Shown in pieces: positions 16,801 to 26,216 of a stretch of 31,407 bases of DNA. The translations under genes were made by a program, and so were the position numbers. The stretch spans positions 1-31,407 of the IMG/VR virus record IMGVR_UViG_3300008261_000246. One strand, given 5' to 3'. Below the pieces are notes generated by a model. That model was not told the DNA's origin. It saw only the letters and a list, made by a program, of their open reading frames with translations, and did not search any database. Each line of letters starts with the position of its first letter. Within the stretch, counting starts at the first letter, position 1. Source of the DNA: a virus. Taxonomy: Duplodnaviria; Caudoviricetes.

Positions 16801-19800
16801 ATGCCAGTTAATTTTCCCCTAACCCCTGTACTAAATCAAACATATACTTCTGGCACAACCACATGGGAATGGAATGGTACCACTTGGGATCTGCGTCCAA
16901 ATAACAGTCCTACATTCTCATCAGTTACTTCGACCAGTGCAACTGTTACAGGTCCACTATCTGCAGGGTCAGTTAGCACTCCAGGTATTAACACCAACAT
17001 TATAAATGCCAGCGGAACTATTACTGCTCAAAGTTTTATTGGAGATGGTAGTCAATTAACTAATTTGCCATTAGGAACTGGTAGTCCTGGAAGAGTTGCC
17101 TATTATAATGCACAAGGAATTACTTCTGGTACTAGTGCGGCACTGACTTGGAATGATGCCACTGGCACATTAACTGCACAAAATTTAACTGTTACTGGCA
17201 GTCTAAATGCCAGTATTACAATTACTGCTTTAGGATTTGCACAAGGTGCAACAATTAATGAATTCAGTATTGACGGAACTTTAGCAGGTAATAGTGACAG
17301 TGTTGTACCAACAGAAAAAGCAGTTAAAACATACGTTGATACAGAAATAGGCAGTCTTGATCTAAGTGCTAGCGGAACAGTGAGTTCTGGTGTTGCTGGT
17401 AGATTAGCCTATTATACTGCAACTGGTACCACAGTTGATGATACTTCATCTGACCTAATATGGGATTCAGCAACTAAAAAATTAACAGCTACAAATGCAC
17501 AAGTTACTGGTTTACTGTCAACAGTGTCCAATGCAACGGTTGGAAATAATTTAGCAGTTTACAATGATATAACTGTTGGTAATGACGTAACAATTAATGG
17601 TAAGTTAAGAGTTAAAACACTATTTGATGACACAACTGGCGCACTCAAATTTACTAGTGGCAGTGATTTTATTATTGATGCTCCTGGTGAAGTTAATGTT
17701 AGCGGCAGTAAAATTGTTAATGTGGCTACTCCAACTGAGACCACTGATGCAGTTAACAAAGCCTATGTAGATGCAGCCAGCAGTCAGTTTGCTGGTGGTG
17801 CAGTTCCAAACGCTATTCAAATTCAAGCAAACACAGCCAGTACCAGTACTACTACTGGAGCATTAACTGTAGGCGGTGGTATTGGAGTAGGTGGTGACGG
17901 CTACTTTGGTGGAACAATTTTTGTTGGCGGAAGCCCCGTATTGACCAGTGCCAGTGGTAGTTATAACGGTGGTACTATCACTGGTGCATTGATTATCAAT
18001 AACGTTACACCAAGTACTAGCACTACTACTGGTGCTCTACGTGTAACTGGTGGTGCAGGTATACAAGGTAACTTGAACGTTGGTGGTACATTTAAATCTG
18101 GCGGAGTTGCGTTTGGTGCAGGTGGACAAAACTATGATACCAACGTGGCCATTGGTGGCGGTGCCGGCATTAATGCCCCATTAGGTTCAAACGTTGGTGG
18201 ACAAAATAACGTTGCTATAGGTTATAGCACACAAGGTCAACTTACTACTACTAACAACAACGTGTCAATTGGCTACAATTCCATGGGGTCTAAAACAGGC
18301 GGTGGATCTAGTGTTGCTATTGGTACTGATACTCTTAAATCTAATGAGGGTTCAACTAACGTTGCTGTTGGTGTATTTGCACAATCAGTTGGAGCAACAG
18401 GTGATCATAATACAAGTGTTGGCTACAACAGTTTATTAAATGTAACTGGTATTCAAAATACTACACTTGGTAGTGGATCAGGTAGTGCTATTACTACTGG
18501 TAACAACAACTTAATTTTAGGCATGTATGACGGAACGGCTATTGCTACGTCTAGTAATAATATTATTATTGCTGATGGTCAAGGAAATATTAGAGCCCAA
18601 TGGTCAAGTACTGGTAACTTAACTCACGCAGGTGCTATTTCAATAAGCAACAGTGGTGCTAGCAGTTCTACTAGTACTGGTGCGTTAACTGTTGCTGGTG
18701 GTGTAGGTGTTGCAGGCGATATATATGCTACTGCATTTTATGGTAGTGGTGCAAATTTGACCAACGTTGTTGCGCAGACGTTTTCTGGTGGTAACGTTTC
18801 TGGTATTACTAACTTTACAAGTAATACTCCTAGTACTGCAACCAATAACGGTGGTATAGTAGTTACTGGCGGTATGGGTATTGGTGGAGCCATAAACGCA
18901 GGTAACGCACTAACTGTGTCTGGAACAGTGTCATTCACACAAAACAGTGCCGCAACAAGTACAAGTACTGGCACATTGCGTGTTACTGGTGGTATGGGTG
19001 TCACTGGCAGTGTTTACGCTACTTCATTCTTTGGTAGTGGTGCTAACTTAACGGGTGTAACGTCATCTTCTGCAACTAATGCCACTAACGCCACTAACGT
19101 TGCGTTAACTGCTTCAAATACTAACAGTGCTTTTAAAGTTCCATTTGCTAATACAACAGTGTCAACTACTGCAAACTATGGCTTATTACAAGATAGTGCG
19201 GCAGAATTTACATACAACCCAAATTCAAATACATTAACTGTTGGAACAGTATCAGGAGCATTGAGTGGTACTGCTACCAATGCTACACAGTATAATAGTA
19301 TTGTGCAACCAACATATTCTGCAAGTATTAAATCAGGATTTAATGTATCAGGTGGCGGCACAATAACCGTTAATGCTTCTGGCAGTGTGTTGTGGAGTGC
19401 TAGATTTATTGTCATTTCTAATGGTTTTGGAGCAACTTTCTCTACTGCTGGATATTTTGATATTAATTGTCCAACAAGTGGTACTATTACTGGCGTAGGT
19501 GGACATGCTAACGTGACTGCTACGGCTGCAGGTATTGTCATGGGTGCATGGGACGCACTATATTATATACTGCCAACAGGCAGTACTGCTACCAGCTTGG
19601 CAGCTAACTATAGAATTGCATCTTATACGGCAGCACTAGAAGTTCCTCACAATTGGTTATTGATAGCTGTCAGAAACGGTGATGACGGAACATTCAATTT
19701 CTGTAACAGAATGAAACTTCGTTTGTCTGAAAGTGCAACCAATTCTCTAACTGGTTCAGCATATCCTCAATATTCTTCACTTGGGGTTGGCACAGCCGCA

Positions 19801-20166
19801 TCTTCTACTACTGGTGAAATTAGAGCTACAAATGAAATCACTGCTTACTTCTCCTCTGATAGAGATTTAAAAGAAAACATTGCACCTATTGAAAATGCAT
19901 TAGGTAAATTGAGACAAATTACTGGTGTTATGTTTGATTGGACTGATGAAGAAGTGGCACGTCGAGGCGGTGAAGATGATTACTTCGTACGCAAACATGA
20001 CACGGGGGTAATTGCTCAAGATGTTGAAATAGTATTACCAGAAGTAGTTGCCACACGTCCAGATGGACACAAAGCAGTTAAGTATGAAAAAATGGCTGGT
20101 CTAATTATTCAAGCAATTAATGAACTAGCAGATCAAGTTGACGAAATTAAAAAGAAGTTAAATTAA
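16801..20166 (+). CDS. Tail fibre protein with a C-terminal intramolecular chaperone (peptidase S74)
   Basis: 1121 aa. Contains a DAVNKAYVD neck motif, five STTTGAL.V.GG.G repeats and N(V/T)AIG beta-roll repeats. The C-terminus SSDRDLKENI..I..AL..L..I.GV.FDW...G.IAQDV...LPE.V...V.Y......LI.AI.EL matches S74. GGAGA SD present. Confidence 0.9.
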   Translation: MPVNFPLTPVLNQTYTSGTTTWEWNGTTWDLRPNNSPTFSSVTSTSATVTGPLSAGSVSTPGINTNIINASGTITAQSFIGDGSQLTNLPLGTGSPGRVAYYNAQGITSGTSAALTWNDATGTLTAQNLTVTGSLNASITITALGFAQGATINEFSIDGTLAGNSDSVVPTEKAVKTYVDTEIGSLDLSASGTVSSGVAGRLAYYTATGTTVDDTSSDLIWDSATKKLTATNAQVTGLLSTVSNATVGNNLAVYNDITVGNDVTINGKLRVKTLFDDTTGALKFTSGSDFIIDAPGEVNVSGSKIVNVATPTETTDAVNKAYVDAASSQFAGGAVPNAIQIQANTASTSTTTGALTVGGGIGVGGDGYFGGTIFVGGSPVLTSASGSYNGGTITGALIINNVTPSTSTTTGALRVTGGAGIQGNLNVGGTFKSGGVAFGAGGQNYDTNVAIGGGAGINAPLGSNVGGQNNVAIGYSTQGQLTTTNNNVSIGYNSMGSKTGGGSSVAIGTDTLKSNEGSTNVAVGVFAQSVGATGDHNTSVGYNSLLNVTGIQNTTLGSGSGSAITTGNNNLILGMYDGTAIATSSNNIIIADGQGNIRAQWSSTGNLTHAGAISISNSGASSSTSTGALTVAGGVGVAGDIYATAFYGSGANLTNVVAQTFSGGNVSGITNFTSNTPSTATNNGGIVVTGGMGIGGAINAGNALTVSGTVSFTQNSAATSTSTGTLRVTGGMGVTGSVYATSFFGSGANLTGVTSSSATNATNATNVALTASNTNSAFKVPFANTTVSTTANYGLLQDSAAEFTYNPNSNTLTVGTVSGALSGTATNATQYNSIVQPTYSASIKSGFNVSGGGTITVNASGSVLWSARFIVISNGFGATFSTAGYFDINCPTSGTITGVGGHANVTATAAGIVMGAWDALYYILPTGSTATSLAANYRIASYTAALEVPHNWLLIAVRNGDDGTFNFCNRMKLRLSESATNSLTGSAYPQYSSLGVGTAASSTTGEIRATNEITAYFSSDRDLKENIAPIENALGKLRQITGVMFDWTDEEVARRGGEDDYFVRKHDTGVIAQDVEIVLPEVVATRPDGHKAVKYEKMAGLIIQAINELADQVDEIKKKLN

Positions 20167-20167
20167 T

Positions 20168-21259
20168 ATGCCGTTACAATCTAGTGGACAAATTGATTTT
20201 AGTGACATTAACGTTGAACTAGGACTTACTGGTACAGCGCAATTGTCATTGGGATCAGCCGCGGTACGTGCATTGTATGGGGTTCCAGCTGGTGCAATAC
20301 GTTTGGGCGCAGATGGTTACGGAAAAAGTAACGCTATTGTACCTGTTGGTGTTACAACGGCCGGAGATCCAATATTTTATAACTTTGCTAACAATAACAA
20401 TTCGTGGACCGCAGCTGGTGCGACATTGACTGCGGGTGCCACTTTTTCAACATTAAACTCCACAAGCACTGATCCTATAATGAGAAGAACTGTTAGTTTT
20501 AGTGGTGCGAAATATCCTTACGTGCAAGCATATATACTTAGGACATCAGGTGTAACTTGGGATGGAAACGTATTCTATAGCACAGCAGGACATGGAGAAA
20601 GCGGGTCATTTTATAATCAAATGACGCAACCAACTTGGGACGGAGTTAATTTTCAGTGGATCACTGTTGACATGAGAAGTCTAGCAGTTGGCGGTACTGA
20701 CTGGACTAACAATACTATTACTAATCTTAGACTTGATTTTGGTTTGGCTGCTACTGACGATTTTCAAATTCAATACATTGTAATTAGAGGAACCATTTAT
20801 CCTGTTGCAGGATTATATCAATCATACCAGCTGGGTTATCACAACGAAGATGCAAATTACATGACTGCACCAACAGCAGAAGGTCCAACCAATTCTGTAA
20901 ATTATCCATCTATTGGTGACAATATCAGTTATCAATGGGTAGGTTATTTCCTAGCACCAACTACGGGAATTTATAATTTTTCACTAAACTCTGATGATGG
21001 TAGTTATTTTTGGATAGGCGACAATGCTGTTAGCGGATATACCACAGGTAATGCAGTAGTATCTGCAAACTTTAATGACGGTACAGTAACTAGTGGAAAT
21101 ATACAACTAACTGCTGGAACTTATTATCCCGTTAGAGTATTATACGGAAATGGAGTTGGTGGTGCCTATATAACATTATCGTTTAGTGGTCCTGGCATTG
21201 CCACTAGATCAGACGGAACTGGATACTTTTTCTATAACGCGGATACAACAGGAATTTAA
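20168..21259 (+). CDS. Putative fibre-tip adhesin with a C-terminal PA14/GLEYA lectin domain
   Basis: The N-terminal MPLQSSGQIDFSDINVELG...YGKS module is typical of genes following S74 fibres. The C-terminal W.GYF.AP.TG.Y.F...SDDG...WI......L.AG.YYP.RV.YG matches PA14. Confidence 0.78.
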   Translation: MPLQSSGQIDFSDINVELGLTGTAQLSLGSAAVRALYGVPAGAIRLGADGYGKSNAIVPVGVTTAGDPIFYNFANNNNSWTAAGATLTAGATFSTLNSTSTDPIMRRTVSFSGAKYPYVQAYILRTSGVTWDGNVFYSTAGHGESGSFYNQMTQPTWDGVNFQWITVDMRSLAVGGTDWTNNTITNLRLDFGLAATDDFQIQYIVIRGTIYPVAGLYQSYQLGYHNEDANYMTAPTAEGPTNSVNYPSIGDNISYQWVGYFLAPTTGIYNFSLNSDDGSYFWIGDNAVSGYTTGNAVVSANFNDGTVTSGNIQLTAGTYYPVRVLYGNGVGGAYITLSFSGPGIATRSDGTGYFFYNADTTGI

Positions 21260-21261
21260 TT

Positions 21262-23136
21262 ATGAGCACAGAAGATCAAAACAAAGCAGTGGTCACGCTA
21301 CACATTGGTGTGGACGTTGATGCATTTATTGAGGACATGGTTAGTGGTAAAAATCATAACGAATTTATGCCTAATCGCCCTGTTGAACTTTTCAATGAAA
21401 AACCTGACAGTTTACGAAATGTAGATTTTGTATTAACTAGAGAGGAAGCAGAAACATTAAAAAGTGATCCTAGAATCATTGATGTTCGATACGGTACTAA
21501 AAAAGAAAATAATATTTTTTTAAAACCGTACATTCTAGAATCATCTAGAGTTTATGATAAATCAATTACTAACGATAGCACACATTACAATTGGGCGTTT
21601 CCTGCGTGTGTATCGGCTTCTAATCCCTACACTACGTCAACGTTAAACTTTCAACATGCTTATTCCCTAAGTGGTAACGGTGTTGATGTAGTAATTCAAG
21701 ATAGTGGTATTGATCTAACACATCCTGAGTGGCTCAATTTAGAAGGTACTGCTAGTAGATTTCAACAAGTAAATTGGCCTAGCATTAGTGGTCTAACTAG
21801 TACATACACTCAAGGTTCAAGTCATTATACAGATCAAGAAGGTCACGGAACTCATTGTGCAGGCACAGTAGCTGGCAGATTATACGGCTGGGCTAAGGAA
21901 GCAAACATTTATGCCATTAAGATTTTTGATACTGATGCGTTTGGAGTCAGTGCAAGTTTTAACATGATAAGAGCTTGGCATTTGAGCAAGCCAGTAGATG
22001 CGCTTGCTGGTACAAAAAGACCCACAGTGGTCAATATGAGTTGGGGTTATTTTACAACTTATACTAACATAAACGGTGGATCATATCGTGGAACTCCATG
22101 GACTGGAACCAGTATGGTCAGTGCTTATGGTATGATTCAAACTCTGTATAACAGAACTGGTGTTAGTCCAAACTTTACGTATATTCATCCTATTAGAGTT
22201 TCATCTGTAGACGCTGATATCGCAGACTGTATAAGTGCAGGTGTAGTGCTAGTAGGTGCTTCTGGAAATGATGCACATAAAATAGATACTACTACTGGAA
22301 CTGATTATAATAACAGCTACACTAGCACAGTTAATGGAACTACATATTATCACAGAGGTTCAACTCCTAGTTCAACATCAGGAGTTATTACTGTTGGATC
22401 TGTAAAATCAGCCAATCCTGAAGGCAAAAGTTTTTTCAGTTGTTGCGGGCCAAGAATTGATGTGTTTGCTCCTGGAGAAAATATTATGAGCGCGGCTGCT
22501 ATTGGGTCTCTATTTGATTCAGGAACAGTTGACTATCCTGATAATGCCAGTTTTAAGGCAGTTAAATCTAGTGGCACTAGTATGGCGGCTCCGCAAGTTG
22601 CTGGGGTTGTTGCATGTATGCTACAGAGTAGAAAAGATTGGACTCCAGCAAAGGTTAGAACATGGGTACAAACTATTGCTAGAACTGGTAGATTAAGTGA
22701 CACTGCTGGCAGCTATACTGACGTACAAAGTCTTCAATCTGCACCTAATAGATTTTTAAGACAGCCGTTTAATAGAAGCGTTGTGTATGAAGTAACTACA
22801 GAAATAGGTTATACAAATCCAGCACCAGTTGTGTTCAACGTCACAAACAATGGCTCAGGAAATTATGTTTTTAGTGGCGGCGCGTCAGGTGCCAATCCAA
22901 TGTTTACACTGACCAGAGGTCAACGATATGTATTCAATATCAACGCAGTTGGACATCCATTTTGGATTAAGACTACTTTAACATTGGGCTCTGATGATGC
23001 ATACTACGGTGTAGGAAATAACGGAACGGACAACGGAGCAATCACGTTTGTTGTGCCAGCAGATGCTCCAGATGAACTATATTATAATTGTCAATATCAC
23101 ACGACGATGCGTGGCATGATAATGATAGTTGATTAA
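21262..23136 (+). CDS. Subtilisin-like serine protease (S8) with a C-terminal cupredoxin-like domain
   Basis: Catalytic triad motifs VVIQDSG, HGTHCAGT and GTSMAAPQVAG, with oxyanion ASGN. N-terminal prodomain-like region. C-terminal GHPF...YYNCQYHTTMRG. Confidence 0.92.
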   Translation: MSTEDQNKAVVTLHIGVDVDAFIEDMVSGKNHNEFMPNRPVELFNEKPDSLRNVDFVLTREEAETLKSDPRIIDVRYGTKKENNIFLKPYILESSRVYDKSITNDSTHYNWAFPACVSASNPYTTSTLNFQHAYSLSGNGVDVVIQDSGIDLTHPEWLNLEGTASRFQQVNWPSISGLTSTYTQGSSHYTDQEGHGTHCAGTVAGRLYGWAKEANIYAIKIFDTDAFGVSASFNMIRAWHLSKPVDALAGTKRPTVVNMSWGYFTTYTNINGGSYRGTPWTGTSMVSAYGMIQTLYNRTGVSPNFTYIHPIRVSSVDADIADCISAGVVLVGASGNDAHKIDTTTGTDYNNSYTSTVNGTTYYHRGSTPSSTSGVITVGSVKSANPEGKSFFSCCGPRIDVFAPGENIMSAAAIGSLFDSGTVDYPDNASFKAVKSSGTSMAAPQVAGVVACMLQSRKDWTPAKVRTWVQTIARTGRLSDTAGSYTDVQSLQSAPNRFLRQPFNRSVVYEVTTEIGYTNPAPVVFNVTNNGSGNYVFSGGASGANPMFTLTRGQRYVFNINAVGHPFWIKTTLTLGSDDAYYGVGNNGTDNGAITFVVPADAPDELYYNCQYHTTMRGMIMIVD

Positions 23137-23717
23137 GCCATCCACTCTAACCAACCAGTAACAATATATTTTTCATTGCTCAACGGAGGGTTACCTCTAT
23201 GAGTGTGTGTAAATCCTGCTGGCCAGATTACTACCCTGCCTTGTGTTGGGTTGACTCGCTTGTGTTGATATAAAAACTCTGTCTCGCCACCAATTGTAAC
23301 AGTATTAAGATAGAGCATAAATGCTATAACACGTGATGAAGATAGTCTACCATCATTCTCATAGTGCCAAGGATGATATCCGCCTCCAATTGGAGTTTTT
23401 TGTACTCTAATACCAAGGGATCCATGCTTAACTGAAGTTGCCAAAACACTATACTTCTTTACATAATCTTCATAGCATGGCCAAAATTTCTCAAAAAATA
23501 ATTTAAGAGTAGGGTGAGTTTTGTCAATATAAAACTCGTCTAGTTCCATAGGAAAGCAAGTCTCATCTTGTTTCTCATGCGCATGACCGTCTTTTAAACC
23601 TTGTCTATCAAACACTAAATTTAGTTTTTTCATTTCTTCAAAGTAGCGCATGATTACTTCACACTCTTCTGCGGTTAGTGCTTGATCATAAACACCAATG
23701 AAATCATTTTGAATCAT
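23133..23717 (-). CDS. 2OG-Fe(II) oxygenase (prolyl-4-hydroxylase-like superfamily)
   Basis: WHYE (HxE), LYLN..GGET.F, distal His in THTHRG.PP, and KYI.TGW. Its stop overlaps the S8 stop at TTAA. Confidence 0.9.
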   Translation of the reverse strand: MIQNDFIGVYDQALTAEECEVIMRYFEEMKKLNLVFDRQGLKDGHAHEKQDETCFPMELDEFYIDKTHPTLKLFFEKFWPCYEDYVKKYSVLATSVKHGSLGIRVQKTPIGGGYHPWHYENDGRLSSSRVIAFMLYLNTVTIGGETEFLYQHKRVNPTQGRVVIWPAGFTHTHRGNPPLSNEKYIVTGWLEWMA

Positions 23718-24112
23718 ATAAATCTAGTCCTTGCGCTGAGCTCTGATAACCCGTCTTGTCTAACAATAAATTTAGTTACAGAGTCAACATGCACAGCCAC
23801 TGGTGCCCTGCTTGGAACTTCAAAGCAAGTACAATAATAGTTCTGTAATTTTACTTTATTATTAATAATATCAATATTCATAGGCACTGCTGGCAACTCA
23901 CCAAACATTTCTTTTTTACTGCCTACAAACATTTTTTCTTCACGGCCGTCTTTATAGAAGATAATAACATGCCGATCTTCTAATAGTTTGTCTAACCATA
24001 TTTGTAATTTTCTTCGATCTTTTTGAACTTTTCTTGCCGTGTATTCGTCTTTAACTTTTCGATCAACAACAAAATAAGTTGAGAATTCTCCGTCATTAAT
24101 TTCGTTTAGCAT
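23714..24112 (-). CDS. Hypothetical protein within the enzyme operon
   Basis: 132 aa ORF with ATGA coupling to the downstream oxygenase. Confidence 0.7.
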   Translation of the reverse strand: MLNEINDGEFSTYFVVDRKVKDEYTARKVQKDRRKLQIWLDKLLEDRHVIIFYKDGREEKMFVGSKKEMFGELPAVPMNIDIINNKVKLQNYYCTCFEVPSRAPVAVHVDSVTKFIVRQDGLSELSARTRFI

Positions 24113-24139
24113 ACTCGTTTTCCATAAAAATTATATTTT

Positions 24140-24718
24140 TCATTTTGGCCCTATCATAATGTCAAACGTTAAATTTATTCTTTCCTTATTTGAATAATTT
24201 GGATCAACTTCGTGTGGTACCCAGGCTGGCCACATTATTAAGTCTCTATCTTTAGGTGGATAAACAACATCTGAAATATACGGAGCTCCTGGGTTGCATT
24301 CTGATAATCCATTCGCTGGATTAATTAACCTCAGTGCTCCAGTATTTTCTGATTGCAAATAATATACCGCCGAAAAATGACTCTTAACATGAGCATGTCT
24401 AGCATTTTTACTCTGTGGTCCGTTGATATTAGTCCAGTAAAAATATGAAATTTTATTGTAATCTAAATTTTTACTATCTAATTCTTGTTTATATTCAAGA
24501 ATAAATTCATCCAACAACTTCCGTAAACCTTGTAATAGCCAACCAATATTTTGATATTGTGCTTCAGTTCTCCAGCAGTTTTCATTACTGTGCGGAGCAG
24601 GTTTATTATTGGTAAGTTGAGCTACTCTAATTTGTTTTAATAAATCTTCGTATTGTGCGTCTGTGCCAACATTTGATTCTAAAAACAAATCAGCTCTAAA
24701 AAGTTTACACTTTTGCAT
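24140..24718 (-). CDS. Putative 2OG-Fe(II) oxygenase (TIGR02466-like, HxH type)
   Basis: W.NIN......RHAH...FSAVYYL......L...P, L.MWP.W..H.V.PN.S..ERI...F. Confidence 0.85.
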   Translation of the reverse strand: MQKCKLFRADLFLESNVGTDAQYEDLLKQIRVAQLTNNKPAPHSNENCWRTEAQYQNIGWLLQGLRKLLDEFILEYKQELDSKNLDYNKISYFYWTNINGPQSKNARHAHVKSHFSAVYYLQSENTGALRLINPANGLSECNPGAPYISDVVYPPKDRDLIMWPAWVPHEVDPNYSNKERINLTFDIMIGPK

Positions 24719-26216
24719 ACCAATCCTTTAGATACTGATATTGATTTGGAAATACTTTCTTTGCCATGTCAACTCTTGATTGATGCGTTTCTTTAAAATA
24801 GTTTCCGTAATCTTCTTGTTTTTTTGTTAGAGTATTTTTTACGTCAGCATATCCTTTTCCAGCATGAATAACGCTGAACCATTGGACTGCATTGAACATT
24901 GATGCTGGACTAAAATAAAGATACTTACTTGGCATTGGGTAAAAATTACTCAACACATACTGTACATCTTGTGGTAACTCTTCTATTTTTTGTTGACCAA
25001 TATTTTTCCAAAATTCTGTATCACGTCTTGTAGCAAAGTAGTAGTGTGCCCAAACAAATGCTACAATCTCTGTAGTCATTTCATGGAATCCTCGATTAAT
25101 AAAGTCTTTTACTTGTTGATTCCAAACATTGCCACTCATGTTTAGCAAGTCAACAATAGATCTTACTACTGCTGTTGTAAATGTAATACCAGTTGCTTCT
25201 AATGGCTCTACAAAGCCAGCACTTAGTCCTACTGCACAAACATTTTTAACAGCGATTTCGTTGTGTGTTCCGCATTTCATATCTAAATGTCTTGCAGGGG
25301 CGTCAAATTCTCCAACGCTTTCCCTTAGTTCTTTTTCAGCATCTTCTTTACTAATGAACTTACTACTGTAAATGTATCCATTACCAACTCTTGTAAAAAT
25401 TGGAATAGTGAATCTCCATCCTGCAGTCATAGTTGTTGCACGAGTATATGGAAAACATTCTTTTTCAGGATTGGTATATTGTGTTGGAAGTACTACTGCT
25501 TTATCACAAGGTAGATAATCTGCATATGAAGTAAATGGTGAACCTAATGTTTTTTCAAGTAGCAGTGATTTAAATCCGCTACAATCTATAAAAAGATCAG
25601 CAGTGTAGGAATTATTTTTATCATCAATTAATTTTGTAATCCCATACATGTCTTTTTCAATATTTTCAATTTTAGTGTCTACATACGTGATTTTATCAAG
25701 TACGATGTCTTTTATTGTCTTTATGATTTCATAAGCATTGAAATGTACAGCACCATAACCAGCTTCACCTGAACCAAAATTTACATCCATACTTCCCTCA
25801 ATTTTAGGACAGATGTTTTCTTTTGCCAGTTGATACGCAGGATGCCAATCTCTAAATTCTTTAGGATCTTTGTTTAAAAAATAATCACTTGTGAAAAAAT
25901 CTTCTGATATAACAGCATTATTAACAGTGTCATTGTCAACAAAATATGACTCGTCATTCCATCCAACTAATTCAACACCAAATTTAAAACTTGCTTGGCT
26001 TGGCTTCATCCATAGTTTTGGTGGTATTCCGCACTGGTGTAAAAACTGTGCTGTCAACGGTTGTGTCCCTTCACCAACACCAATTGGTCCAAGTGACGTA
26101 TCTTCTATCAATATAATCTTAGTTGGTATTTTTAAATTGTTTACCATATAGGCCGCAGTAAGCCATCCGCTTGTTCCACCGCCAAAAATTATTACATTTT
26201 TTATTTTGTTTATCAT
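24705..26216 (-). CDS. Flavin-dependent (tryptophan halogenase family) halogenase
   Basis: GGGTSGW FAD motif, IGVGE.T, catalytic-Lys context ASFKFGV, ADLFIDCSGF, GWRFTIP, GY.YSS, GFVEPLEATG. Start set at ATG 26216 (ATGA overlap with the upstream gene). Confidence 0.9.
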   Translation of the reverse strand: MINKIKNVIIFGGGTSGWLTAAYMVNNLKIPTKIILIEDTSLGPIGVGEGTQPLTAQFLHQCGIPPKLWMKPSQASFKFGVELVGWNDESYFVDNDTVNNAVISEDFFTSDYFLNKDPKEFRDWHPAYQLAKENICPKIEGSMDVNFGSGEAGYGAVHFNAYEIIKTIKDIVLDKITYVDTKIENIEKDMYGITKLIDDKNNSYTADLFIDCSGFKSLLLEKTLGSPFTSYADYLPCDKAVVLPTQYTNPEKECFPYTRATTMTAGWRFTIPIFTRVGNGYIYSSKFISKEDAEKELRESVGEFDAPARHLDMKCGTHNEIAVKNVCAVGLSAGFVEPLEATGITFTTAVVRSIVDLLNMSGNVWNQQVKDFINRGFHEMTTEIVAFVWAHYYFATRRDTEFWKNIGQQKIEELPQDVQYVLSNFYPMPSKYLYFSPASMFNAVQWFSVIHAGKGYADVKNTLTKKQEDYGNYFKETHQSRVDMAKKVFPNQYQYLKDWYAKV

